IMG/VR virus record: IMGVR_UViG_3300032214_000789
Coordinates: 5,327-69,326 of that record
Direction: 5' to 3' (one strand)
From: a virus
DNA: 64,000 nt
Every line of letters starts with the position of its first letter. Position 1 is the stretch's first letter. Below are positions 53,837 to 64,000 of the stretch, one piece after another. The notes beneath the pieces are model-generated. The model saw only the letters and a list, made by a program, of their open reading frames with translations. It made no database searches and was not told the origin of the DNA. The position numbers and the translations under genes are program-made.

Positions 53837-54427
53837 TTATTTTAATAATTTTATATCAAAATTTATGGTAATTTTATCCAGATCAGTTTTATTGATTTCA
53901 CCATAATAGGTTAAAGTAGATGGAAAAATAATCAATTTACCATCAGAGGGAGAAACTTTAAAACTATCAGAAAAATATAAATTTTTCATATTACCATTAA
54001 GCAATCTATGAAAAGAATCGTTATGATGTTGAGATAAAAATACAAAATCTCCCGAAAATCTATATGGACAATCGACAACTAAAATGCCAACCATATCACA
54101 ATTTGAACGGATACTTGGTTCTATGCAAGAATTGGGTTTAATTATTTTAATGTCAGATTTAACTACAGAAGATGGAGTAATTCGTGATGTATCATCAATT
54201 ATAGTCGACAGAGAAGTTTCAATTTCACTATAAATCAAAGGAAAATACTTTTGAAATTTAATTAAATTAAAAATATTTTCTTTTTTTTCAAATCCTTCTT
54301 GTTTATATTCTCGTATATCATTGACAAAATTATCTTTTATTTTATAGAAATCAGGAATTTCTCTAACAATAATAGGTGTAGGAAATACCGGAAAAACATC
54401 GACTGCACTTTCTTCTTCATTCATCAT
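53837..54427 (-). CDS. 2OG-Fe(II) oxygenase-fold protein lacking the His iron ligands
   Basis: VFPTPI N-terminus and GKLIIFPS..L...N.....KITINF C-terminus of the TIGR02466-like family. Confidence 0.65.
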   Translation of the reverse strand: MMNEEESAVDVFPVFPTPIIVREIPDFYKIKDNFVNDIREYKQEGFEKKENIFNLIKFQKYFPLIYSEIETSLSTIIDDTSRITPSSVVKSDIKIIKPNSCIEPSIRSNCDMVGILVVDCPYRFSGDFVFLSQHHNDSFHRLLNGNMKNLYFSDSFKVSPSDGKLIIFPSTLTYYGEINKTDLDKITINFDIKLLK

Positions 54428-54445
54428 TTTTAACTCCTTTAAATT

Positions 54446-55270
54446 TTAAACTCCATCCTCATGCCAACATTCATTATATCCATATTTTTGATCTTCATAC
54501 GGATAGGCACTTAAATTTTTCTTTGGCCATCTTAAATTAATATTTGTTTTTGGAAAAGATTTAAATAATTTTTTTGTAATGTTATTACTCACTTCTAAAG
54601 ATTCATACCAATTAGATGATCCATCGAAAAGATATTTTTCAGGTTGAATAAGAAAAATTTTAATTCTTTCGTCAAAATTTGAACAGTAATTAGCACCAAT
54701 GTATGTTTCAGTTCTAATAAAATATCCATAATATTTCCAGAGATCTTGTTTGGATATTCTTACTCTATCAATAACGTTGTTAACTTTAAGAGGTATATCG
54801 AAAAGTTTAATTAAATCAACTCTTTTACCCCAGAACACATGATCTCTGGGATGGAACAAAAGATGTGGGTACATACCCGGAACAAATATAAGATGTTCTT
54901 TTCTATTTTCAATAAAAAAGTTATACATAACCAACATACTATTGTAATCATATAATTGGTCTGTACGCATTTTTATAGAATATTCCGTATCAGATTTAAT
55001 TATCCCATTATATGATCCAACTATTTGGAGATTAACATTATCATCCCCAAAATTATTTGGTTTTTTATTTGTCAATACAATTATTCTATTGGAATATTTT
55101 TGTTTTATTGATTCCAAAGAAGAAATGTCATCATCTTCCCAGCACGATAAAATTATATTATTTACAAATGGTAATTGAAAATAATTTTCTATTATTTCGC
55201 TAGTGAATACATCATACTGTCCTTGCAGAACAATGTCAAGCTTTTCAAATAAATTGTTGTTCTGCATCAA
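54446..55270 (-). CDS. WavE-like lipopolysaccharide synthesis protein
   Basis: IVLQG, IILSCW, NVNLQI, IKMRTD, FHPRDHVFWG. Confidence 0.7.
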   Translation of the reverse strand: MMQNNNLFEKLDIVLQGQYDVFTSEIIENYFQLPFVNNIILSCWEDDDISSLESIKQKYSNRIIVLTNKKPNNFGDDNVNLQIVGSYNGIIKSDTEYSIKMRTDQLYDYNSMLVMYNFFIENRKEHLIFVPGMYPHLLFHPRDHVFWGKRVDLIKLFDIPLKVNNVIDRVRISKQDLWKYYGYFIRTETYIGANYCSNFDERIKIFLIQPEKYLFDGSSNWYESLEVSNNITKKLFKSFPKTNINLRWPKKNLSAYPYEDQKYGYNECWHEDGV

Positions 55271-58200
55271 TTCTTTTTTTCAATATGAATATTGTATTGC
55301 TTTAAATTATCAACTACGACATTATAGTACTCCGTTGATACTTCAGGATCATTAGAAAGTTCTAAAAGAATATTTTTAGACTCTTCATTTTTTCCCCAAT
55401 ACCATCCCGACAATGCCTTCTCAAAAGAAAGACCATATTTTCCAGGATATTCAACATCGGATGTTGTTGGTTGACTAGAAAAATCACCAATACTCAATCC
55501 TAAACATGAGTACTTATAGCAATCATGCCACTGCTGTCTTCTTTCATGAAATCTAGCGAGAAGAAAATATGCTTCAGGTCTACTTGGTTTAAGGCATAAA
55601 GCTTGTTGAAGAAGAGAAATTGCAGTTCCATCTCTTGTTCCTTGTTTGTCATAACAGTGATGACATTTAATTAATGATTCATATTGCATATCTTCATCTT
55701 CAAATCTTTCCGCAGATCTTAAAAAGTAAGATAGAGCTGGTGCAGTATGCCCTTCTTTTTCATACCACAGTCCTACGTTGTAATTTCTTTGGGGATCTTC
55801 CGGATCTAAAGAATATTCAGTAAGAAGGTTTTCTAATTCAGTTTTACCTCTACTAGTATTAACAGGTTCTTGAATTATAATTTGTGGTTTAGAATAAAAA
55901 GAACAAATTTCAGAAAGTTTCAAATGTGAATTATTTTTCCACCAATCAATTACATGATCATAAGTCTCTTTATGATATTCTTTGTTTGGATTTTGAAGTT
56001 CAGTTTCTCCATAAAAAGTTGATGTTTGATTTTGATCCTCAACAAAAAGATTAACTGCGTAAACTTTTCCAAGATCATAAAACAAAACATTTTCTGGCAT
56101 AGGATAAAAATTTGTTCCAGGGATTTCTAATCTATAAGAATCGCCATCACAATAACGATCAATAATTTTTTTGGCATAATCTCTAGTCAAAATATAAGCG
56201 GTTACAGACCAATCATACATCGATCTTTCACGCATCTTAATCTCTTCATAATTTGTTGTTATGCAGCACAATTGAACACACTCCGCATCCTCTGGAAGAG
56301 AATCTATAAAATCACTCCAAGTAAAGTTCCAGTACTGAACAGTTTCCAAACTTAAATCATCTTCACAGAAAAAACCATAATCTTCATCAGTTTCCTCATA
56401 CCATTTTTTAATCATTTTGATATGAGAAACTACACATCCGATAGTCCCTTCATCAAGAACATGAAGTTGTTCCCCATACACTTTATCATCACAATATTTA
56501 AATCTTCTAGAGAGAACTTCTCTAAAGTTTTCAACTCCACTATAGAAAAATTGAAATCTTAATGAATCTCTTCTATCAACACTTTCATCCAAACTAATGT
56601 AGTTTACGCTAGGAAAATCTAAAAGTTTAACTCTATTTGTAAGAATTTTATTTGCACTTAATTTAAAACTCATTTCTTTCCACCAATTAATTACTTTGCT
56701 ATATGATGCGTAATGAGCATCATTGAGATCATTTGATTCATAAGAAGACTTAAATGAAACATCTTCTACAAAAAGAGGAAATGTATAAACTCTGTTTGTT
56801 AGACTAAACAAAACAGTTTCAACTACAGGAACTAAAGCCCAATCTTCTCTACCATGACCATCATGACACTTTGAATCCAAATAAAAATTATCATCATAAT
56901 GATATGTATCTATTAATTTTTGAGCATATTCTCTTCTAATTAAATATGCACATGCAGACCAATCTCCCCAACACCTATTTTTAAATTCAAGAATATTATG
57001 ATATTGTTCAGAACCTTCTCCTTGTATTATGCACAATTGAATGCAGTCCCATTTTGATGGGAGAATATTCACAAATTCTTGCCACGTAAAGTTCCAGTAC
57101 TGAACAGTTTCTAAACTTAAATCATCTTCACAGAAAAATGCATATTCATCATTTGATTGTATTAACCATTCTTTGAGTGCTTTTAGATGTGATGTAACAG
57201 GTCCTCTACTACCTTGACTTAATTTATCTTCTCCATTAACTTCTAAATAATTGCTAATTATTGTATGATCTTCACTATTATATTTTTGAAATATATGAGG
57301 AGTTATATTTTCTACAGTAAATGGTTTAAATTTTTCATATAAACTTTTTCTTCTTTCTTCAGAATGTTCAGTACTTACAAAATGAACTGGTGGAAAATTT
57401 TTTAATTTTGAATAAGTTTCTTCAAGTTTAGCTTCATAAAATCCTTTTGATTTTTCTACCACTACCCAATTTAAATCTGATCTATTTTCCACATAATAAT
57501 TTGTTAGATTTTCTGTCATCTTAGAATTTATTTCATTATGTCTTAACGTTAAAACATAATCAGTTTGCCATTCTAATTCTTCACCAGAATATCTCGAAGA
57601 TAAACTATAGTAAATTTCTTCTCTAAGATTTTTATCAGAATCAAAAGATTTAAAATTTTCAAACCTTTTTACATCTGGATGTGGTATATGAAAAATATGA
57701 TAATCAAAATCTAACTTTTTATGTTCTAATCCAAGTAACTCTAATCTTTTATAGATTTCATCATCTTCAAAAGAATAATATTCACAAAAATTTTCATTAT
57801 ATCCACCGACTTTTAAAAGGTTATCCTTTTTAATATAAAGAAGACCCGTCAAAAATTTATAATATGAACTATAAGTATTGAAATAATCATTCAATTCATC
57901 CATAGACATATTTTCTTTGCTGACCAAAATCTGTCCACTTCCTTCATCATAATATTCTGGACTTTTTAAACTTGGTTTTCCACTAACAAATGAATTATCA
58001 TCTACTTTATACTTATCGAAAAAACAATAATAAGGACTCATCACATAATCACAATCAACTTTCAGAATATATTCGCCAGTTGCTTGGGATATTGCAAGAT
58101 TAAGAGGTTGTGGTTGATTAAAATATTTTTGATTAGGTACTCTAATAATTTTTATTCTTTCATCCAAATTAACTAGATGTTCTAAAGATTGATCAGAACT

Positions 58201-58317
58201 CCAATCAATTATAATAAACTCATTAATTTGTTTATAATTTAACCAAGAATTCAGAGAAACATTCAAAGCTTCGTTGCGATTCTTGCAAGCACATATTAAA
58301 GAAATATTATTTTCCAT
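55267..58317 (-). CDS. multidomain glycosyltransferase (GT2/GT7-like + two GT25-like + TPR)
   Basis: ACKNR...LKVDCD...GGYNE...EDD; two SH.K...FFCEDD domains; C-terminal TPR (RPEAYFLLAR). Confidence 0.85.
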   Translation of the reverse strand: MENNISLICACKNRNEALNVSLNSWLNYKQINEFIIIDWSSDQSLEHLVNLDERIKIIRVPNQKYFNQPQPLNLAISQATGEYILKVDCDYVMSPYYCFFDKYKVDDNSFVSGKPSLKSPEYYDEGSGQILVSKENMSMDELNDYFNTYSSYYKFLTGLLYIKKDNLLKVGGYNENFCEYYSFEDDEIYKRLELLGLEHKKLDFDYHIFHIPHPDVKRFENFKSFDSDKNLREEIYYSLSSRYSGEELEWQTDYVLTLRHNEINSKMTENLTNYYVENRSDLNWVVVEKSKGFYEAKLEETYSKLKNFPPVHFVSTEHSEERRKSLYEKFKPFTVENITPHIFQKYNSEDHTIISNYLEVNGEDKLSQGSRGPVTSHLKALKEWLIQSNDEYAFFCEDDLSLETVQYWNFTWQEFVNILPSKWDCIQLCIIQGEGSEQYHNILEFKNRCWGDWSACAYLIRREYAQKLIDTYHYDDNFYLDSKCHDGHGREDWALVPVVETVLFSLTNRVYTFPLFVEDVSFKSSYESNDLNDAHYASYSKVINWWKEMSFKLSANKILTNRVKLLDFPSVNYISLDESVDRRDSLRFQFFYSGVENFREVLSRRFKYCDDKVYGEQLHVLDEGTIGCVVSHIKMIKKWYEETDEDYGFFCEDDLSLETVQYWNFTWSDFIDSLPEDAECVQLCCITTNYEEIKMRERSMYDWSVTAYILTRDYAKKIIDRYCDGDSYRLEIPGTNFYPMPENVLFYDLGKVYAVNLFVEDQNQTSTFYGETELQNPNKEYHKETYDHVIDWWKNNSHLKLSEICSFYSKPQIIIQEPVNTSRGKTELENLLTEYSLDPEDPQRNYNVGLWYEKEGHTAPALSYFLRSAERFEDEDMQYESLIKCHHCYDKQGTRDGTAISLLQQALCLKPSRPEAYFLLARFHERRQQWHDCYKYSCLGLSIGDFSSQPTTSDVEYPGKYGLSFEKALSGWYWGKNEESKNILLELSNDPEVSTEYYNVVVDNLKQYNIHIEKKN

Positions 58318-58777
58318 AAAAATTTTTATAATAAATTACCTTATCCGTACAAATACCGTACACTTCATTTATATATTCTGGTTTTAAATCATATAAATCG
58401 GTATCTTCTGGCATTACAACTACAGAATTAGAATAAGGTATTTTCCCAGGATAAACCCATCCGATACCTTTACTTGTTAAAGTATAACAATCCGTTTCAT
58501 GCCAAAAGTAATTAAATTTTATTGGAGAACTTGATATTTTTTCAAGTGCTTCTCTGTTTTTACAGTGGATCCAAAGAACATCTTTATATTTTACCAACCA
58601 ACTCATAGGTACATAATATTGTGGTTCATCGTGCCCTAGATAAAAGTTATAGTCTTCATGCCTCAAATCCACTTCAACATCAAAACCTTCTGATATTGCT
58701 TCTTCAATATAGTCAATACTATTTTCTTTGATTGGATTTGGTCCAGTTAGATTTCCACGATGTGCAATAAATTTCAC
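58307..58777 (-). CDS. glycerophosphodiester phosphodiesterase-like protein
   Basis: IAHRGN...EN...GFDVEVD...LGHD...WIHCKN...GICTD. Confidence 0.8.
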   Translation of the reverse strand: MKFIAHRGNLTGPNPIKENSIDYIEEAISEGFDVEVDLRHEDYNFYLGHDEPQYYVPMSWLVKYKDVLWIHCKNREALEKISSSPIKFNYFWHETDCYTLTSKGIGWVYPGKIPYSNSVVVMPEDTDLYDLKPEYINEVYGICTDKVIYYKNFYGK

Positions 58778-58843
58778 TGATGATGCTCCAAGAAATAATT
58801 TAAATCTTCGTTGTCGTTTTTACATGTACATTTTAATTTTAAA

Positions 58844-59176
58844 TCATTTTTCCTTATGAACAATAATTTTATCATTTGTAATTCCTGGGAGTTTTACACA
58901 AACAATTTCACAGTCTTCTAAAAACTCTGGATCTGCAATTTCAAATGGATTCAATATAAAAATATCTCCTCCTGTTAAAGTTTTTCCCTGAAGAATCATT
59001 TTTCCACGAACTAAAAGATTTACTTCAGTAACATGTTCATGGTAGTGAAGATCCCAGATTTCACCTTTTGGATGTTTTTTATAGGATACCTCCACATCCT
59101 TAGTTGCAAATGCTGTTGGAGAAAAATTACCAACAAACCATCCACCAACCATTTCATCTATTCTATACAAATTCAT
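58844..59176 (-). CDS. cupin domain protein
   Basis: GWFVGNF.P, HYHEHVTEVNL..G.M. Confidence 0.75.
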   Translation of the reverse strand: MNLYRIDEMVGGWFVGNFSPTAFATKDVEVSYKKHPKGEIWDLHYHEHVTEVNLLVRGKMILQGKTLTGGDIFILNPFEIADPEFLEDCEIVCVKLPGITNDKIIVHKEK

Positions 59177-60273
59177 AAATCATATTCCCCCCAGTCAATA
59201 CTATCAAAACCAGCATCAGTAATCAAATTAACTGATACAGCACGATTTTTATCAGAGTCTCTAAGTTTATCATTAATCAAAACCCTAACACCACTAGTAA
59301 CTCCCATAATTAAATGATCCCAACATAATCCCAACTGCCTTAGATGCGCTTCCGTCATTTCTCTGGCAGATTCTTTTCTTGCAGTAGTTAAAATTATTCT
59401 ATAACCTTTCGAATCCCACTCATTAAATTTCAAATTAACCCCAGTTAAAATCTCAGGATCACTTACATGCAAATCACTAAATCTATGACAGTGTTTTAAA
59501 ACAGTTCCATCCAAATCACAAAAAATAGTTTTTGGTTTTTCGGTATAAAATTCTTTTAACTTACCAATATAAATTGAAACATCTTCAGGTGTTCCCAAAG
59601 GAATATAACTATTTTTTGGGATAAAAAATGGTAATATAGTTTTTCCATTCTCAATTAGATAATTATAAGTTTCAGAAATATAACATTCTGGCATTCCACT
59701 CGATCTAAAATGCTTTAAAAGATTTTCTGATGATGCGACAAAATCTTTTCCATTTTTCCAATAATGAATTCCAACCAGAGCATTATCACTAATTGGATTT
59801 TTCTCAACAACACTTACAACTTTTTTATCTTCAATCTCAACAAAACTATTTTTTGGATCTTTAGATTTAAAGAGAACTACGGCACCATCAACATTTAAAG
59901 GTTTAACCATTTCCATAAAAGATTTGGCATCCCAATTCATTAACTGATCACAATTTGTGATAATCAGTTCATCATCATTATCAATTAATTCTTTTGCATA
60001 AAGACAAGTTTCACTACATCCACTCGTAACTTTATCAATTTGAATTTCTACAGAATTAGGATCAAGTTGTTTGAGAATAGAACTTAATGTTTGATTGTAT
60101 TGATTATCATCATATTTTCTGGTAATAAAAATATATCTACCAAAAATACCTAAAGACTCTACAGCATGTTCAATTAATGTTTTACCATTGACAACAATCA
60201 GAGGTTTTGGAGTTTTGATCCCATTCTTGGAAAATCTACTTCCAAGACCTGCCATAGGAATAATAATGTTCAT
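59173..60273 (-). CDS. sugar nucleotidyltransferase fused to HAD-family phosphatase
   Basis: IPMAGLGSRF...PKPLI, NCDQ, LGTPED; C-terminal CDLDGT, LTTAR, INDK. Confidence 0.88.
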   Translation of the reverse strand: MNIIIPMAGLGSRFSKNGIKTPKPLIVVNGKTLIEHAVESLGIFGRYIFITRKYDDNQYNQTLSSILKQLDPNSVEIQIDKVTSGCSETCLYAKELIDNDDELIITNCDQLMNWDAKSFMEMVKPLNVDGAVVLFKSKDPKNSFVEIEDKKVVSVVEKNPISDNALVGIHYWKNGKDFVASSENLLKHFRSSGMPECYISETYNYLIENGKTILPFFIPKNSYIPLGTPEDVSIYIGKLKEFYTEKPKTIFCDLDGTVLKHCHRFSDLHVSDPEILTGVNLKFNEWDSKGYRIILTTARKESAREMTEAHLRQLGLCWDHLIMGVTSGVRVLINDKLRDSDKNRAVSVNLITDAGFDSIDWGEYDL

Positions 60274-60316
60274 GGTTAATAATGCCGCAGAAAATAATAT
60301 TGTTTATGATTAATAA

Positions 60317-61207
60317 TCATAAAATGTTTTGTACTAACTTTTTTGTAGTTAGGTTTTGTCTTGTATATTCTACCAAATAACTACTAAATTGATCATAATA
60401 TAAATGTATTTTTTCATATAGAGAGTATTTATTCATTTCCAATATAATAGATTTTGGAAAATTTGTCATGATGTGAGGAGGGCATTCTTCTAATTTTTCA
60501 AAAGCAGGTATGCATCTATTAGATAAAATTTCATAATGCCTCATACAATCCCATCCCATTTTTCTACAGGTATATCCATAATAAGATTTAGCAAATTCTT
60601 TATAATATAATTTTTCATCAGTAAAAGTATAAGATTGTGGATTACACCCCCCATTACGAATAGGTCTTTTTATATTTGGAGAAAAAATATATTCTTTTTT
60701 TATTTTCCCAAAAGAGTCAATCTGTGCTTCGGGAATTGCATATGATATTGGATTTCCAAAATATAAATCAGTTAATTCTCTTTTCCATATTACCCCATAT
60801 TCATTTAATCCATAATCATGTCCAAAATTTTTAACATCATCAGATCCATCCAAAAAATAAACTTTATTTTTTGGATAATATTCTTTAACATATTCCAAAT
60901 AATCTAAACACTGTCTATCGTGATACCAATGATGAGTATAAATGCATCCGTAAATAATTAAATCATAAAATTTAGATTTGATTTTGTCAATTATTTCTTC
61001 AGAAGTTTCTAATCTAGGTTGATGAGACAATCTAGCAAATATGGTAAATCCATTTCCATATAATTCTTGCGGGTTAGGATATGATGCCATCATATAATTT
61101 GGATGAGAAGTTTCATAAACTTCCAATCCACTATCAATCAATCCATGATAAACACAATCTGCAAGATACTCTGGATTACTAAAGTTATATACAAATAATA
61201 TTTTCAT
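60317..61207 (-). CDS. putative GT-B glycosyltransferase
   Basis: DGSD, WKRE, GWDCMRHYEILSNRCIP. Confidence 0.65.
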   Translation of the reverse strand: MKILFVYNFSNPEYLADCVYHGLIDSGLEVYETSHPNYMMASYPNPQELYGNGFTIFARLSHQPRLETSEEIIDKIKSKFYDLIIYGCIYTHHWYHDRQCLDYLEYVKEYYPKNKVYFLDGSDDVKNFGHDYGLNEYGVIWKRELTDLYFGNPISYAIPEAQIDSFGKIKKEYIFSPNIKRPIRNGGCNPQSYTFTDEKLYYKEFAKSYYGYTCRKMGWDCMRHYEILSNRCIPAFEKLEECPPHIMTNFPKSIILEMNKYSLYEKIHLYYDQFSSYLVEYTRQNLTTKKLVQNIL

Positions 61208-61286
61208 TTTTTATTAATACTAATATCTTTTACTAAATGATTTTCAATTTTATATGTAATTATTCCAAATAAAAAAATTATTTACT

Positions 61287-62039
61287 TTACTGATATAAAT
61301 TAGGATACCAAATCCTACGGAAATCAATATTGTTATTAATTCTGACTCTAAAATCACATCGGTTTATATTGATTTTTTTCATATCAAGATATTTTAAAAG
61401 CATTGTTTCTGGATGATACGGAACGCCTTCAATTTCGGTTATATTTTTATAAAAATTAGAATAATCATTCATTACCGAAGAAGGTCCAAAAGCAAATTGA
61501 TCATTAATTCCTCCACACCAATCTTCACCTTTTGGTATATTTAAAGTATTTGGATATTCATCAACATTAAGTTTTTTATTTTCAAAATCACTATCAAATC
61601 TCATTCTAATAACAACATCAAAAGTCATGTTATTTTCTTTTTCATACATGGATTTTAAGTTGTTTGCCATGTTAATTGAATAATGCATACTAATTGGACC
61701 TACATCATACCTAGGTGTTATGCCCTCTTCAGAACTTTCAAATGAAAGTAAATTTAATGAATTGTAAATTTCTTGAAACTTACATTTTTTAGATTCATAA
61801 TCTTCAATTAAAAGTTTTTCATAATTATATTTGTCTAAAAAATTAAATTGAGTTTCAATCATGTTATCATACTCTTTAAATTCTAATCCAAAAACAGTTT
61901 TTAAAAACTCTTCCTTATTAGATATTTTCCAAGTATGAATAAAGATTTTTACCTCATCATTTGGAAAAATATTTTCTATACTTTTTAAACCAATATGAGG
62001 ATACCTAATAGCTCCAGATAAGCAAATTGCTATTTTCAT
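61287..62039 (-). CDS. putative glycosyltransferase-like protein
   Basis: KIAICLSG..R, IFIHTW, FDVVIRMRFD, NDQFAFG, HPETML. Confidence 0.65.
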   Translation of the reverse strand: MKIAICLSGAIRYPHIGLKSIENIFPNDEVKIFIHTWKISNKEEFLKTVFGLEFKEYDNMIETQFNFLDKYNYEKLLIEDYESKKCKFQEIYNSLNLLSFESSEEGITPRYDVGPISMHYSINMANNLKSMYEKENNMTFDVVIRMRFDSDFENKKLNVDEYPNTLNIPKGEDWCGGINDQFAFGPSSVMNDYSNFYKNITEIEGVPYHPETMLLKYLDMKKININRCDFRVRINNNIDFRRIWYPNLYQ

Positions 62040-63031
62040 GAGTTAAAAATATAATCTTGAGTGAAAGATTTAGAAACTCTCAATAAATATGCAGCATTAT
62101 CTTGAAAACCAAAGGTAATCAAATAATCATCACCATATTCACAAATACCAACAGCAAATTCTATCTCTCCATTTAAGAAAGAAAATCTTTCAGAAACTTT
62201 GACAATATTCCAATCATTATCCCAAACAACAAATCTGTGTCGATAAGTACCATCTTTTCTACCAGCAGGACTTTGGAAAAGAAAAGTTTCATGATTTAAA
62301 CAAAACCTATATTCTCCAAGTTTAAGAACTTGAGATCCACCACGAAGATCTATACAACCCAAATCTTGCCAATCTTTAACTACAACTCTTTCGGTAGTAT
62401 TAGATTTAATATCATATCTAACAACTTCTGTTCCATTAGTCCATTTAACAAAGTGAAATGGAAGATCTAAAATAGGCATCCAGTTCTTTTCACAATAAGA
62501 TGTTTCATCACCTTTATCAACTCCAGGAACGGGAATACGACATTGCTTCAATTCTTTAACACCACCATCAGTTATCTCAATTTCAGATAACTCCATTCTA
62601 CCTTGCCCATTATGTGTGGTATCTCTTCTTACACCACACATATAAAGTTTACCGTCCCATCTAACAATACGAGCATCTTCTAATCCAACAAATTCCCAAA
62701 GTTCTTGATCTGGAAATTGAGATGTATCAATATGATGATGCCACTTCATGCTCATGGTATCATCCATTTCGCACATTATATTTTTTGTGCGAAGACGAAG
62801 ATCATTTTCTGGGTGAATATAAACTAAAGGTCCCCAGTGATGTTCATATTTTTTCTTTTCAGAGTGATATAAAGTATAGTTAATGTTTCTTAAATTAACT
62901 AAAATCTTTCCATTATCGTTGTAAATGGAAGGATTTGTAATTCCTGGTCCTTTTAAATCTGAAGATGGAATAATAAGAGGATGAATACTTCCACCATTTT
63001 CCAAAGCAAGTTTTACAAAATTATTTGCCAT
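62036..63031 (-). CDS. five-bladed beta-propeller glycosidase-like protein (GH43/GH130-like)
   Basis: NPSI, GLEDARI, EKNWMP, LRGGS, YRHRFV, IEFAVG, FGFQD. Confidence 0.7.
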   Translation of the reverse strand: MANNFVKLALENGGSIHPLIIPSSDLKGPGITNPSIYNDNGKILVNLRNINYTLYHSEKKKYEHHWGPLVYIHPENDLRLRTKNIMCEMDDTMSMKWHHHIDTSQFPDQELWEFVGLEDARIVRWDGKLYMCGVRRDTTHNGQGRMELSEIEITDGGVKELKQCRIPVPGVDKGDETSYCEKNWMPILDLPFHFVKWTNGTEVVRYDIKSNTTERVVVKDWQDLGCIDLRGGSQVLKLGEYRFCLNHETFLFQSPAGRKDGTYRHRFVVWDNDWNIVKVSERFSFLNGEIEFAVGICEYGDDYLITFGFQDNAAYLLRVSKSFTQDYIFNS

Positions 63032-63090
63032 AAGATTTGCTCACATACAAGTATTTTATCAAAAATTTCTCAATAATGCAAGAAAAATAT

Positions 63091-63507
63091 TTAATTATTA
63101 GTAGATAATATTTCTTCCTCAGTTAATGTACTCAAATTTACCCCATTCGGTAATATTGTGTTCGTATTTTGCGGTTGTTTACTATTATAATCTATTACAA
63201 TATCATTCCATTCTTCTTCTGTAAGTTGCGTAACTCCATTTCCACCAGGAAGAAGTGCATCATCATCACATACTGAAAGACAATAATCAACACCGTTATC
63301 ATCAGTTAACCAAAATTTTACATTAAGTCCTTTAATATTTGGATGTGTTTTTGGAACCTCATTACTTTCAATTAAAAAACGATCCATTTCAGGATAAGAA
63401 ACCCAATAGTGTTTGATATACATTTTATTTGTTATAATTACTGAATATTTATCAGCAGACTCCATACTTTGCTTTGAGATTATTGGATTGTGTTTCCATA
63501 CTCTCAA
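63091..63507 (-). CDS. hypothetical protein
   Basis: ORF track; co-oriented; true start uncertain. Confidence 0.55.
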   Translation of the reverse strand: MRVWKHNPIISKQSMESADKYSVIITNKMYIKHYWVSYPEMDRFLIESNEVPKTHPNIKGLNVKFWLTDDNGVDYCLSVCDDDALLPGGNGVTQLTEEEWNDIVIDYNSKQPQNTNTILPNGVNLSTLTEEEILSTNN

Positions 63508-64000
63508 ATCCTTTGACTGTCATCCAAGTTACCATTGAATATCTGTTTCCTTTGGTGACTGGTTCTACTCCATGTCTATAATACCTGTTGGAAGGGAAGC
63601 ATACCAAAAGACCAGGTTCAGGACGAATACGAATATGAAGATCTGGGAATACAAAATCCCCACCTTCAAAATCATTATTGAGATATAAGACCATTGATAA
63701 ATCACGATCTACTGTCTTTCTCCACATTTGTGTTTGGTCTGGTGCAGTCCATACACCCTCACCGTCAATATGAGTTTGGTAGTGTCCTCCTACATCATAA
63801 CAAAGAAGTTGTGGAACCTCTGAACTATCAACCTCAAACTGGTAAAAAGGATTGATGACTTGTTTTACAATATGATGCATCAGTTCATTGACCTGCGGAA
63901 ATACAGGTTCAATTGGAGCAATTTGAGTATCTCTTGTTCTCTTATCAGTAATCCATTCAGTACTTCTTGTCTGATTGGATTTCTCTGGGTCGAATACTGA
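63452..64000 (-). CDS. prolyl 4-hydroxylase-like 2OG-Fe(II) oxygenase (5' end beyond window)
   Basis: HYQTHID, LSMVLYLN.DFEGG, FPSN..YRHGVEPVTKGNRY; frame stays open to the window end. Confidence 0.88.
   Translation of the reverse strand, partial: SVFDPEKSNQTRSTEWITDKRTRDTQIAPIEPVFPQVNELMHHIVKQVINPFYQFEVDSSEVPQLLCYDVGGHYQTHIDGEGVWTAPDQTQMWRKTVDRDLSMVLYLNNDFEGGDFVFPDLHIRIRPEPGLLVCFPSNRYYRHGVEPVTKGNRYSMVTWMTVKGFESMETQSNNLKAKYGVC

Overview
AT-rich segment of a T4-like cyanomyovirus (Kyanoviridae-like, possibly freshwater), almost entirely minus-strand coding. In order: (1) small conserved cyanophage ORFs and a 2OG-Fe(II) oxygenase; (2) a block with host-type sigma70 promoters containing an SF2 helicase, a winged-helix/ParB-like fusion and an N6-adenine methyltransferase split into two genes in permuted order; (3) two giant fibre genes sharing an ~80-aa repeat; (4) a tRNA(CAT) and small ORFs; (5) two collagen-like (G-X-Q) fibre genes; (6) the baseplate hub/tail module (split gp5-like, gp27-like, a tape-measure-like protein with a circularly permuted M23 peptidase plus tail lysozyme, gp51, gp26, gp54-like, gp4, gp2, gp48, gp53); (7) gp32, gp59, gp33, exonuclease, phoH, thyX; (8) a terminator-bounded nitrogen-sensing cassette (NtcA box, sigma70 promoter, tandem glutamine-riboswitch-like aptamers, DUF4278-like peptide and a coupled basic peptide); (9) glutaredoxin and a glycosylation/sugar-modification island. 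The two most notable systems are the nitrogen-sensing peptide cassette (51.7-52.2 kb) and the split methyltransferase / wH-ParB / helicase block (2.0-5.7 kb). All calls come from motif recognition by eye; no database searches were run.
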